This document shows positions 26,147-35,654 of a DNA stretch of 48,887 nucleotides, piece by piece (position 1 is the stretch's first letter; every line of letters begins with the position of its first letter). This DNA comes from Sulfurovum sp. (GTDB taxonomy: Bacteria > Campylobacterota > Campylobacteria > Campylobacterales > Sulfurovaceae), in assembly GCA_026996325.1 (NCBI GenBank), contig JALWLU010000079.1:1-48887 (forward strand), written 5' to 3'. The translations under genes and the position numbers were made by a program. The notes under the pieces were generated by a model. That model was not told the DNA's origin, did no database searches, and was given only the letters and a program-made list of their open reading frames with translations.

Positions 26147-27481
26147 ATGGAAACAGCAGCCGGGCAGGTGGCACAGCATCTGGATCTGACAACGACATGG
26201 GTGGGAATCGTCTCACTCATCATTTTCGTGGTAGGGTACTACTTCATCGCCGCCGAGGACAAGTATCACATCAACAAGGCCAAGCCGGCACTGCTTGCCG
26301 GTACGGGTATCTTTATGCTCATTGGCCTTTACTTTGCCATCAACGGGCTGGACGGACATCGGCTGGAGAAGGAAATCGAGGAGCTGATCTACGAGATCGC
26401 CGGTATCTTCTTCTTCCTGATGGTCGCAATGACCTATATCGAGGCGATGATCGACAGGGGTGTCTTCTCCGCACTGCGCTACCGTCTGGTCTCTAAAGGG
26501 TACACCTATAAAAAACTCTTCTGGGTAACGGGCCTATTGGCATTTTTCATCTCACCTGTGGCGGACAACCTTACTACTGCGCTGATCCTCTCGACAGTAC
26601 TTATAACGATCGACCGTGAAAACAAGAACTTTCTTGTTCCCGGTGCCATCAACATCGTCGTTGCCGCCAACGCGGGGGGAGCATGGTCACCGTTTGGTGA
26701 TATTACGACACTGATGGTATGGGTTGACGGGAAGGGTGCCTTTACGGAGTTCCTCTACCTCTTCCCTGCTTCGATTCTGGGCTGGTTTGTTACCGCGCTG
26801 CTGCTGAGCCGTTTTGTACCGGATGGCGAACCTCCGTTCAATGCTTCTGAAGAGAAAGCGACCATCCAGGAGGGTGGTAAGCAGATTATTGCACTTTTTG
26901 GATTGACCATCGTTATGGCGGTCCTTTCGCATCAGGTGCTGCATCTGCCTGCAATGTGGGGAATGATGTTCGGTCTGGCGCTTTTGAAGATCTACGTCTA
27001 CTACATCAACCAGAACTCGGGCCCTACAACGCTCAACGCCTTTTCATGGATTGCCAAGATCGAGAACGACACGCTGCTCTTCTTCTTCGGTATTCTCGCA
27101 GCCGTCGGCGGACTCCACTTCCTGGGGTACCTTGAGTACTTTACCAAGCTTTACGACCAGTTCGGCCCTACAGCGGTGAACATCGGTGTGGGATTCCTCT
27201 CTGCCGTGGTTGACAATGTACCGGTAATGTCTGCGGTCCTCAAAGCCGATCCGAACATGGGTGAGTTCGCCAAAGAGCAGTGGATGCTGGTTACGATGAC
27301 GGCGGGAGTGGGCGGAAGCCTCATCTCGTTCGGTTCTGCTGCGGGGGTTGGTGTCATGGGTAAACTGCACGGCATCTACACCTTCGGTGCACACATGAAG
27401 TATGCGTGGACCATTCTGGTAGGCTACCTTGTCTCCATCGCCGTCTGGTACTTTCAGTTCATCGTGCTGCATATCGGATAA
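26147..27481 (+). CDS. nhaD: Na+/H+ antiporter NhaD family
   Basis: Multi-TM; ADNLTTAL, NAGGAWSPFGDITT, VDNVP, GGSLISFGSAAGV; AGGAG RBS before ATG 26147. Confidence 0.9.
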   Translation: METAAGQVAQHLDLTTTWVGIVSLIIFVVGYYFIAAEDKYHINKAKPALLAGTGIFMLIGLYFAINGLDGHRLEKEIEELIYEIAGIFFFLMVAMTYIEAMIDRGVFSALRYRLVSKGYTYKKLFWVTGLLAFFISPVADNLTTALILSTVLITIDRENKNFLVPGAINIVVAANAGGAWSPFGDITTLMVWVDGKGAFTEFLYLFPASILGWFVTALLLSRFVPDGEPPFNASEEKATIQEGGKQIIALFGLTIVMAVLSHQVLHLPAMWGMMFGLALLKIYVYYINQNSGPTTLNAFSWIAKIENDTLLFFFGILAAVGGLHFLGYLEYFTKLYDQFGPTAVNIGVGFLSAVVDNVPVMSAVLKADPNMGEFAKEQWMLVTMTAGVGGSLISFGSAAGVGVMGKLHGIYTFGAHMKYAWTILVGYLVSIAVWYFQFIVLHIG

Positions 27482-27589
27482 TATTTAAGTAGCAGGTTAA
27501 AAGGAGCAGGGAGCATTGCGTCCTGCTTTGCTTTATATGAATGAATGTTTTTCGAAAGATTGATTCATATAAACAGAAGGAAAAATTGA

Positions 27590-29131
27590 ATGAAACAGGT
27601 TCCTATTTTGGTACTCGACTTCGGGTCGCAGTACACACAGTTGATCGCACGCAAGCTCAGAGAGTCGGGTGTCTATACCGAGGTGGTTCCCTACCGTGAG
27701 AGCATTGAGGATATCAAGGCAAGAAAACCGCAGGGGATCATTCTCTCCGGCGGTCCGGCGTCAGTCTATGCGGAGGATGCTTACCATCCCGACGAGGGTA
27801 TCTGGGATCTTGGACTTCCGATTCTCGGTATCTGCTACGGGATGCAACTGATTACCCAGCACTTTGGCGGGGAGGTACTTCCGGCAGACCACCACGAGTA
27901 CGGCAAGGCGAAACTCCATATCGAAAAAGAGGACTCTCCCATCTTCAAAGATGTCAAGCAGGACTCCACCGTATGGATGAGTCACGGTGACCGTGCGGAG
28001 AGACTTCCTGAGGGCTTCGAAGTGATCGGAACGAGCGAGAACTCTCCGTATGCGGCGATCGCCGATGAGAGTAGAAACATCTACGCATTCCAGTTCCACC
28101 CCGAAGTGCACCACTCCGAAGAGGGTGTGGTGATGCTCAAGAACTTCGCCAAGCACATCTGCGGCTGTGAGAGCACCTGGAACATGGGAAGCTTCGCCAA
28201 AGAGAAGATTGCAGAAATCCGAAAGCAGGTAGGCGACAGAAAGGTACTCTGCGGCGTAAGCGGCGGAGTGGACTCCTCAGTGGTTGCGGCACTGCTGCAT
28301 GAAGCGCTTCCAAAAGAGCAGCTTGTCTGTGTTTTTGTCGACCAGGGGCTGCTGCGGAAAGATGAGGCCGAGCAGGTGCAGGCGATGTTCAAACTGCTTG
28401 ACATTCCATTGATCACCATAGATGCAAAAGAGGAGTTCCTAAATGCCCTCAAAGGGGTGACTGACCCTGAGCGTAAGCGGAAGATCATCGGCGAGAAGTT
28501 CATCGAAGTCTTCGACAAAGAGGCGAGCAAGCACACCGACGTAAGTTTCCTCGCACAGGGAACGCTCTATACTGACGTCATCGAGTCTGTCTCTGTCAAA
28601 GGCCCCTCAAAGACCATCAAGTCGCACCACAACGTCGGCGGACTGCCCGACTGGATGACCTTCGAGCTGGTCGAGCCGCTTCGTGAGATCTTCAAAGATG
28701 AGGTACGAAAACTGGGACTCGAGCTTGGATTGCCAAAGCATATGATAGGTCGCCACCCATTCCCTGGCCCTGGACTGGCGATTCGTGTCATGGGAGAAGT
28801 GAACGAAGAGGCGCTCAGACTGCTTCGCGAAAGCGATGCGATCATGCAGGAGGAGCTTCGCGCCACAGGCTATTACGACAAGGTATGGCAGGCGTTTACC
28901 GTACTGCTCAACGTCCAGTCTGTCGGTGTCATGGGCGATAACCGCACCTACGACAACACTGTCTGTGTCCGTATGGTAGAATCGGTCGATGGAATGACCG
29001 CTACCTTCGCGCATATTCCACACGATGTGCTGGAGGGGATCAGCAGAAGGATCATCAATGAGATTGATGGGATTAATAGGGTGGTCTATGATATATCGTC
29101 CAAGCCCCCAGCTACAATTGAGTGGGAATAA
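27590..29131 (+). CDS. guaA: GMP synthase (glutamine-hydrolysing)
   Basis: [48 protein letters not shown]. Confidence 0.98.
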   Translation: MKQVPILVLDFGSQYTQLIARKLRESGVYTEVVPYRESIEDIKARKPQGIILSGGPASVYAEDAYHPDEGIWDLGLPILGICYGMQLITQHFGGEVLPADHHEYGKAKLHIEKEDSPIFKDVKQDSTVWMSHGDRAERLPEGFEVIGTSENSPYAAIADESRNIYAFQFHPEVHHSEEGVVMLKNFAKHICGCESTWNMGSFAKEKIAEIRKQVGDRKVLCGVSGGVDSSVVAALLHEALPKEQLVCVFVDQGLLRKDEAEQVQAMFKLLDIPLITIDAKEEFLNALKGVTDPERKRKIIGEKFIEVFDKEASKHTDVSFLAQGTLYTDVIESVSVKGPSKTIKSHHNVGGLPDWMTFELVEPLREIFKDEVRKLGLELGLPKHMIGRHPFPGPGLAIRVMGEVNEEALRLLRESDAIMQEELRATGYYDKVWQAFTVLLNVQSVGVMGDNRTYDNTVCVRMVESVDGMTATFAHIPHDVLEGISRRIINEIDGINRVVYDISSKPPATIEWE

Positions 29132-29164
29132 TTTTCCACATTGTACCTCATCTGCAAAATGCAT

Positions 29165-29258
29165 TGTAGGGTGCGTAAGTACGCACCTTTGAGACGCTGG
29201 AGATAGTAGAGATCTATTTTTCCAAACGGTTAAAAGGTGCGAAATATCGCACCCTGCA
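29165..29258. repeat. GTAG-type REP inverted pair (REPIN-like)
   Basis: TGTAGGGTGCG-TAAGTA-CGCACCTTT ... AAAGGTGCG-AAATAT-CGCACCCTGCA. Confidence 0.8.
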
Positions 29259-29300
29259 GTAAGCTCCTTCGCAACAACCTCCACAGCTAAAGTTTTTCTT

Positions 29301-29480
29301 GTCATCCCGGACTTGATCCGGGATCTTGACGTTTGGATGGAACGTGTCGTTTTTACTTGATGTCAAGATTCCTGCTTTCGCAGGAATGACGTGAAGAGCA
29401 CGTCATCCCGCACCTGATGCGGGATCTTGACGCATTATGGGTGAAAAACGTTTAAGATTCCTGCTTTTGCAGAAATGACG
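29301..29480. repeat. GTCATCCC/GGAATGAC-type REP cluster (4 units)
   Basis: Two pairs of GTCATCCCG..CGGGATCTTGAC ... AAGATTCCTGC..GCAG(G/A)AATGAC. Confidence 0.9.
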
Positions 29481-29499
29481 GAGTGGGTATTAGTGGAGA

Positions 29500-29811
29500 T
29501 TACTCGGACTTTTTACACCCTGACGTGTTGAACTCCTGCTCGAGGCGTGCTTTTCTTCGCTTGGCGTCGCGGAGCATTTTTGATTTGCTCGTTTCAGTGG
29601 TGATCTCTGTTTTGGGGATGGCCATCATCACTTCGTCGGTATGGGCAGGATCCATTGCAGAGACCTTTTTGATGAACTGGTCGGTTTGCATCATCTTCTT
29701 TTCAAGTGTGGCACACTCTTCAGCATCAAGCGGTGCAGGAGCGGTCTGTGCGCATCCTCCCATGATGATTGTCGTGAGGGTTGTGGCAGTCAGCAGTGTT
29801 ATCTTTTTCAT
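29500..29811 (-). CDS. Hypothetical lipoprotein
   Basis: MKK + hydrophobic stretch + MGGC lipobox-like site; AAGGA RBS; two further Cys. Confidence 0.75.
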   Translation of the reverse strand: MKKITLLTATTLTTIIMGGCAQTAPAPLDAEECATLEKKMMQTDQFIKKVSAMDPAHTDEVMMAIPKTEITTETSKSKMLRDAKRRKARLEQEFNTSGCKKSE

Positions 29812-29891
29812 CTTTCTATCCTTCTCTTTAGCTGTTTTGAATAATTATAGCAAATAACTATTTAAGGGACGTGAATCGTAACCTGTTATAA

Positions 29892-29912
29892 CTTTAGTCA
29901 TATTAACTAAAG
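29892..29912. promoter_or_regulatory. HAIR-like (HspR) operator upstream of htpG
   Basis: Perfect inverted repeat CTTTAGT-N7-ACTAAAG versus HAIR consensus CTTGAGT-N7-ACTCAAG. Confidence 0.7.
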
Positions 29913-29928
29913 TTTCTTACAAAAAAAC

Positions 29929-29957
29929 TTGAAATATTTCTAAAAATTGACTATAAT
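29929..29957 (+). promoter_or_regulatory. htpG promoter
   Basis: TTGAAA, 17 nt, TATAAT. Confidence 0.75.
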
Positions 29958-29991
29958 CACACAAAAATTCAGCATAATCAGGAGAAACGGT

Positions 29992-31854
29992 ATGGGAAAA
30001 CATCAGTTTCAAACAGAGATTGGGCAGCTGCTCAAGCTTATGACACACTCTTTGTATTCGAACAAAGAGATCTTTTTACGAGAGCTCATCTCCAATGCGA
30101 GTGACGCGATCGACAAATTCAACTATCTGCATCTGACAGACGAGAAGTTCAAAGAAGAGGAGTGGTCCGGTAAAATCAATGTCAAGATCGACAAGGATGA
30201 CAACTCGCTTACGATCGGCGACAACGGTATCGGGATGAACGAAGAGGATCTGATGGAGAACCTCGGTACTATCGCCAAGTCCGGAACGAAAGCATTTATG
30301 GAGCAGATGACGGGGGATGCAAAAAAAGACAGCAACCTCATTGGACAGTTCGGTGTCGGGTTCTATTCGGTGTTTATGGTCGCAGACCATGTTGACGTCA
30401 TTACCAAAAAAGCGGGTGAGGATCAGGCGTACAAATTTTCCACCGACGGTACCGGAGAGTACGAGATCAACCCGGTAACCAAAGAGGCGCACGGTACGGT
30501 TATCTATATCAAACTCAAAGAGGATGAGAAGGAGTTCCTTGACAAGTGGCGTGTTGAAGAGGTGATCAAGAAGTACTCCAACCACATCGCCTATCCGATT
30601 GTACTCAACTATGAAGAGGTCGAGTATGAGGGAGAAGGGGATGACAAAAAAGAGAAGAAAGTATGGAAAAGCGAACAGGTCAATGCCGCAACGGCGCTCT
30701 GGACACTGCCAAAGAGCGAGCTGAAAAAAGAGGACTACATCGAGTTCTACAAGACCATCGCGCATGACAGCGAAGAGCCTCTGACCTACATTCACAACAA
30801 GGTTGAAGGAGCGACAGAGTTTACGACACTCTTTTACATTCCAAGAACGGCACCGATGGACCTCTACCGTGCTGACTACCAGCCCGGTGTCAAGCTCTAT
30901 GTCAAGCGTGTATTCATTACCGATGACGACAAAGAGCTGCTGCCGCCTTATTTGAGATTCGTGCGCGGTATTATCGACTCGGAGGATCTGCCGCTCAATG
31001 TCAGCCGTGAGATTCTGCAGGAGAACCGCATACTGGCGAACATCAAGCAGCATTCTGTCAAGAAGATCCTCGAAGCGATCAAGAAGCTCGAAGGCGAAGA
31101 TTTCGACCGCTTTGTTTCACAGTACAACCGTGTGATCAAAGAGGGGATTTATACCGACTTCACCAACAAAGAGACGCTGCTTGAGATCGTATGCTACAAG
31201 AGCTCGAGCGAAGAGGGGATGGTCTCGTTTGATGATTATATCTCAAGAGCAGACAGTGAGAAGAAAGAGATCTACTACATCATCGGTGAAGATGAGAAGG
31301 TGTTGAGAAATTCACCGCTGCTTGAGGCGTACAAGAAGGCCAACATCGAAGTGCTCATCATGGATGACTACGAGGTCGACAGTATCGTCACACCGATGAT
31401 CGGCGAGTACAAGGGGTGGGCACTTAAGGATATCACCACCATCGAAGCGCCCGATTCGAAGAGCGAAGAGGAGAAGAAAGAGATCGAAGAGGAGTTCAAG
31501 CCTCTGGTCGAAAAACTCAAGGAGACACTGGGTGACGAGATCAAAGAGGTGAAGATCTCCACCCGTCTGACCGAGAGTCCGTCGTGTGTCATCAAGGACA
31601 GCTCCGATCCGATGGCAGGTATGGCGGCGATGTTTGCCCAGATGGGACAGGAGATGCCCGAGATCCCGCTGATTTTGGAGATCAACCCCGACCACGAGAT
31701 GGTCAAGAAGCTTGAAAAAGTGGAAGACGAAACCCTCTTTGAGGATATGGCGCACGTCCTGCTTGACACTGCCAAACTCTCAGAGGGGCTCGAGCCAAAA
31801 GACAAAACGGCATTTGCGCACCGTATCGCCAAGCTGGCGGCAAAAGTGCTTTAA
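29992..31854 (+). CDS. htpG: Chaperone HtpG (Hsp90)
   Basis: HSLYSNKEIFLRELISNASDA, DNGIGM, IGQFGVGFYS, DLPLNVSRE; AGGAG RBS before ATG 29992. Confidence 0.98.
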   Translation: MGKHQFQTEIGQLLKLMTHSLYSNKEIFLRELISNASDAIDKFNYLHLTDEKFKEEEWSGKINVKIDKDDNSLTIGDNGIGMNEEDLMENLGTIAKSGTKAFMEQMTGDAKKDSNLIGQFGVGFYSVFMVADHVDVITKKAGEDQAYKFSTDGTGEYEINPVTKEAHGTVIYIKLKEDEKEFLDKWRVEEVIKKYSNHIAYPIVLNYEEVEYEGEGDDKKEKKVWKSEQVNAATALWTLPKSELKKEDYIEFYKTIAHDSEEPLTYIHNKVEGATEFTTLFYIPRTAPMDLYRADYQPGVKLYVKRVFITDDDKELLPPYLRFVRGIIDSEDLPLNVSREILQENRILANIKQHSVKKILEAIKKLEGEDFDRFVSQYNRVIKEGIYTDFTNKETLLEIVCYKSSSEEGMVSFDDYISRADSEKKEIYYIIGEDEKVLRNSPLLEAYKKANIEVLIMDDYEVDSIVTPMIGEYKGWALKDITTIEAPDSKSEEEKKEIEEEFKPLVEKLKETLGDEIKEVKISTRLTESPSCVIKDSSDPMAGMAAMFAQMGQEMPEIPLILEINPDHEMVKKLEKVEDETLFEDMAHVLLDTAKLSEGLEPKDKTAFAHRIAKLAAKVL

Positions 31855-31933
31855 ACTTCTTCCATTCGGGGCACATAGCCCCGTCTGCTTTATGGTATAA
31901 TTCCCCTTTACCTTTTCATCACAGGATATAACT

Positions 31934-32878
31934 TTGAACAGTAAAACCATGTCTTCACAGAAAAAAGCGACGGTCGTCTCCACATCGGTCGCGACTCTGC
32001 TTGTCTTCGTCAAGCTTATCATCGGGATCGCCAGCGGTTCGGTGGCGGTGCTGGCGTCGGCTATCGACTCCCTGCTTGATATGGCAGTCTCCATTTTCAA
32101 CTTCTTTGCGATCAAAAAGGCTGAAGAGGATCCTGATGAGAACTACCACTACGGCAAGGGGAAGATACAGGCGATCGCAGGTGTGATCGAGGGAACCGTC
32201 ATTACGATGTCGGGGCTCTACATTATCTATGTCGCCATTGAAAAGCTGCATAAAGGAAGCGAGACCTCTCTGCTTGGACCCTCTATTGTCGCTATGCTTA
32301 TCTCTATTGTTGTTACCTTCTTTCTGGTACGTTATCTGCTCAGAATCGCCGAAGAAACGGACAATATCGTCATCAAGGCCGATGCGCTGCACTACCAGAC
32401 CGACCTGCTCAGCAACGGTGCGGTACTGGTGGCACTGGGACTGGTCTACTTCACCGGTATCGATGCGATCGATGCGGTCTTCGGTATGGCGATTGGTGCC
32501 TACATTATCTATTCTGCCTACGAGATCATTGTCGAGGGGGTACAGATACTGCTTGACAAGGCGCTTGACGGTGAAGTGGTCGCGAAGATCGGGGAGATCA
32601 TCGCAAACCATCCCAAGGTGACAAGCTACCACTGGCTCAAGACACGAACGGATGGTACGACCAATTTCGTGGAGTTTCACATGGTGCTTCAGCCCGATAT
32701 GACTCTGCTTGAAGCACACCGTATCGCCGATGAGGTGGAGCTGCAGATCATGGCGATCGATCCTGAGAAGCGCTGGGTGATCAGCCCGCACTTCGATCCG
32801 TACGACGATTCGGAGATGAACGAGGCGATGTTGCACGGCAAGGCGCTCGATCTTCTAAAGAAGAACATCGATGCGTAA
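31934..32878 (+). CDS. Cation diffusion facilitator (FieF-like)
   Basis: ASAIDSLLD, HYGKGK, ADALHYQTD, EAHRIAD, HFDP; TTG start after AGGA (or ATG 31949). Confidence 0.9.
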   Translation: MNSKTMSSQKKATVVSTSVATLLVFVKLIIGIASGSVAVLASAIDSLLDMAVSIFNFFAIKKAEEDPDENYHYGKGKIQAIAGVIEGTVITMSGLYIIYVAIEKLHKGSETSLLGPSIVAMLISIVVTFFLVRYLLRIAEETDNIVIKADALHYQTDLLSNGAVLVALGLVYFTGIDAIDAVFGMAIGAYIIYSAYEIIVEGVQILLDKALDGEVVAKIGEIIANHPKVTSYHWLKTRTDGTTNFVEFHMVLQPDMTLLEAHRIADEVELQIMAIDPEKRWVISPHFDPYDDSEMNEAMLHGKALDLLKKNIDA

Positions 32879-33531
32879 TGCCTAAGATATACCTGCTCTC
32901 ACCAACCCCAAGGGAGGGGACCGAGCCGCTTCCGATGATCGAATTTTCCCTGATAGCACCCTCGATTGACTTTGGCGGAAGCGATACGCTGATGTTCACC
33001 TCCAAACAGGCGGTCAAGAGTGCCGAGGCGATCGATCCATCATGGAAGAATTACCCGTCAGTCGCGATCGGTGGGGCGACAAAAAAGCAGATAGAGGCTC
33101 TGGGCGGTAGGGTGATCTACCACCCCGAACACTTCTACGGCAAATCGCTGGCGGAGGATATCATCCGTTTTTTCAGTGACAGAAAACTGCTCTACCTGCG
33201 TCCCAAAGAGGTCTCGTTCGATTCGAAGGGCTATCTGGAGAAGGCCGGTATCGTATTGCGGGAACAGGTCATCTATGAGACTGCATGCCGGAAATACGGT
33301 TGGCAGATGAGGCCGGAGGCGGGGAGTATCATCATCTTCACCTCACCATCGACGATCCGCTGCTTCCTGAAAAACTTTGGATGGGACAGCAGTTATAAAG
33401 CAGTGGTAATTGGAGAAGCGACAAAGGCCCATCTGCCTCCCGAAGCGGAGACTTATGTGGCTGATAGAGCGCTGATTGATGCTTGTGTGGAAAAAGCGCG
33501 GGAAGTTTTAATCACTTCTAACTCCAAATAG
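32878..33531 (+). CDS. hemD: Uroporphyrinogen-III synthase
   Basis: FTSKQAV, AIGGAT, IYET, FTSPST, IGEAT. Confidence 0.9.
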   Translation: MPKIYLLSPTPREGTEPLPMIEFSLIAPSIDFGGSDTLMFTSKQAVKSAEAIDPSWKNYPSVAIGGATKKQIEALGGRVIYHPEHFYGKSLAEDIIRFFSDRKLLYLRPKEVSFDSKGYLEKAGIVLREQVIYETACRKYGWQMRPEAGSIIIFTSPSTIRCFLKNFGWDSSYKAVVIGEATKAHLPPEAETYVADRALIDACVEKAREVLITSNSK

Positions 33532-33545
33532 GCTATAATTTTCCT

Positions 33546-33734
33546 ACCTGGATGGTTCGACCACTGTAATATGGGGTCCAACATTTTAGTATTTGCGGGA
33601 CATGTAGCGAGCGCTGTGTGCGGACACTTCCGTTCGAGCCCGGAGACGGGCGAGGATCTGCCCCCTAAAGCGCTCCTCTCTCCTGCACCGTTGGCTTATT
33701 AGGGCCGACTGATATACAGAACGGCCATCCGGGC
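33546..33734 (+). ncRNA. ssrS: 6S RNA
   Basis: About 189 nt starting 7 nt after TATAAT (33534-33539); 5' CCTGGATGGTT pairs with 3' GGCCATCCGGG; upstream of purD, the established 6S locus of Helicobacter and Campylobacter. Confidence 0.85.
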
Positions 33735-33850
33735 CTCATTAGTCATTGTCATTGCACGCACAGGCTTTCCAAAATGTTTTCGACACACTTCAAGTGTGCC
33801 TCCAAACCTTTTGAAAACCCTCTGCGCACAAGCACAACGACTACTGAGCC
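33733..33850. repeat. Long imperfect palindrome between 6S RNA and purD
   Basis: Arms pair in register around CACACTT-C-AAGTGTG (centre 33791). Confidence 0.8.
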
Positions 33851-33924
33851 GATGTTGTATACCATTGAACTGTAACTACTGAAAAATCTCAAAAATACTA
33901 TCTACTAAACGGGAGAATCACAAT

Positions 33925-35202
33925 ATGAACATACTTATTATTGGCAGCGGGGGAAGAGAGTACTCCATAGGACGCGCACTCAAGTTTGACGAGAATGTGG
34001 AGAAGATATACTTCTCTCCGGGCAACGGTGCGACCGATGAGCTTGGAGAGAACCTCTCCATTACCGATTTCAACGCGCTGGCGGATTTCGTGGAAGAGAA
34101 TGGAGTCGATCTAACGATCGTCGGTCCCGAGGCACCGCTGGTTGAAGGTATCGTCGATGTCTTCAAGGCAAGAGGGCTGACCATTTTCGGACCTACGGCA
34201 AAGGCTGCACAGCTTGAGGGATCGAAGATCTTCATGAAGAATTTCCTGGCACGCCACAATGTACCTACGGCACGCTATATCGAGACAAGCTCCATCGAAG
34301 AGGCGTACCGCTTCATCGAGACGCTTGAAGCTCCTATTGTTGTCAAGGCTGACGGTTTGTGCGGCGGCAAAGGGGTGATCATCGCCAAGAGCCATGAAGA
34401 GGCGAAGAAGACGGCGGGCGAGATGCTCAGCGGTAACGCTTTTGGCGAAGCGGGAACGGCCATCGTTATCGAAGAGTTTCTTGATGGCTACGAACTCTCC
34501 GTCTTTGCCGTCTGTGACGGAAAAGATTATGTCGTGCTGCCTGCCGCGCAGGATCACAAACGGCTGCTTGACAACGATGAGGGACCAAACACGGGCGGGA
34601 TGGGAGCGTACGCGCCGATACCACTGGTAAACGACGAGATCTACCGCAAGCTCGACGAGCGGGTCATCAAGCCTACACTCAAGGGGATGGAAGAGGAGGG
34701 GATGCCATTTACCGGTGTACTTTTTATCGGTGTGATGGTGGTCAAGGGTGAGCCGATCATCCTCGAGTATAACGTACGCTTCGGAGACCCCGAGTGTGAA
34801 GAACTGATGCCGCTGCTCAAATCGCCGGCAAGCGATCTCTTCTACAAGGCGGCAACGGGTGACCTGAAAAATGCTGTGATCGAATTTCACGACAAGTATG
34901 CCGTAGGTGTGGTGATGGCAAGCAGGGACTATCCTTACAAGAGTTCACCACCGGCAGAGATCATCATCGACGAGATTCATCATGAGGAGCTCAAAGAGAA
35001 TGCACACATCTCCTTTGCCGGTGTCAGCCGCGGAGAGGATGGCAAGCTCTATGCCACGGGCGGCCGCGTACTGGTATGTGTGGGACTTGGCGACAGCATC
35101 AAAGAGGCACGTGACCGTGCTTATATGCTGGTTGGGCAGGTGCACTTTGCCGGCAAGCAGTGCCGTACCGATATCGCCTACCAGGCACTGCAGGAGGCGT
35201 AA
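33925..35202 (+). CDS. purD: Phosphoribosylamine--glycine ligase
   Basis: [44 protein letters not shown]. Confidence 0.98.
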   Translation: MNILIIGSGGREYSIGRALKFDENVEKIYFSPGNGATDELGENLSITDFNALADFVEENGVDLTIVGPEAPLVEGIVDVFKARGLTIFGPTAKAAQLEGSKIFMKNFLARHNVPTARYIETSSIEEAYRFIETLEAPIVVKADGLCGGKGVIIAKSHEEAKKTAGEMLSGNAFGEAGTAIVIEEFLDGYELSVFAVCDGKDYVVLPAAQDHKRLLDNDEGPNTGGMGAYAPIPLVNDEIYRKLDERVIKPTLKGMEEEGMPFTGVLFIGVMVVKGEPIILEYNVRFGDPECEELMPLLKSPASDLFYKAATGDLKNAVIEFHDKYAVGVVMASRDYPYKSSPPAEIIIDEIHHEELKENAHISFAGVSRGEDGKLYATGGRVLVCVGLGDSIKEARDRAYMLVGQVHFAGKQCRTDIAYQALQEA

Positions 35203-35654
35203 TGGAGGCCGCTTCTCTGCCGATCGCTCCCAATGCCAAGCGTGTGGGTTCGTTCATCATCGATGATATGGTGGTCAACCTCTTTTTGATGATCATCTTC
35301 TCTTCACAGATCAATGCGCTGATGTCCGAGATCACGACCGTTGATGAGACGGCGGTGATGACAATGAATGCCTTTATTATGGATAATATTACAACCGTAT
35401 TTGCGATCAAGGTACTCTACCATACTGTACTGATATGGCAGAGCGGTCAGACATTCGGCAAATATATCATGAAGATCAAGGCAGTCGATATGAATAGCGG
35501 GAACCGGCTCAGTTTCCAGCAGGCTTTCTGGCGTGCATCGGTAAGGCTTGTCAGTGAAATGTTTTTCTATCTTGGTTTCGTGTTTGCTTTCTTCTCTCCC
35601 CTGCACCAGACCCTGCATGACAAACTCTCCAACTGTGTAGTGATCGATGTCTAA
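35202..35654 (+). CDS. RDD family membrane protein
   Basis: KRVGSFIID, GQTFGK, QTLHDKLSN.VV; GGAGG RBS. Confidence 0.88.
   Translation: MEAASLPIAPNAKRVGSFIIDDMVVNLFLMIIFSSQINALMSEITTVDETAVMTMNAFIMDNITTVFAIKVLYHTVLIWQSGQTFGKYIMKIKAVDMNSGNRLSFQQAFWRASVRLVSEMFFYLGFVFAFFSPLHQTLHDKLSNCVVIDV

Noticed and set aside
33546-33734. Purine-related riboswitch upstream of purD
   Set aside because: The closed rod-like ends, its own promoter and the known synteny identify it as 6S RNA.
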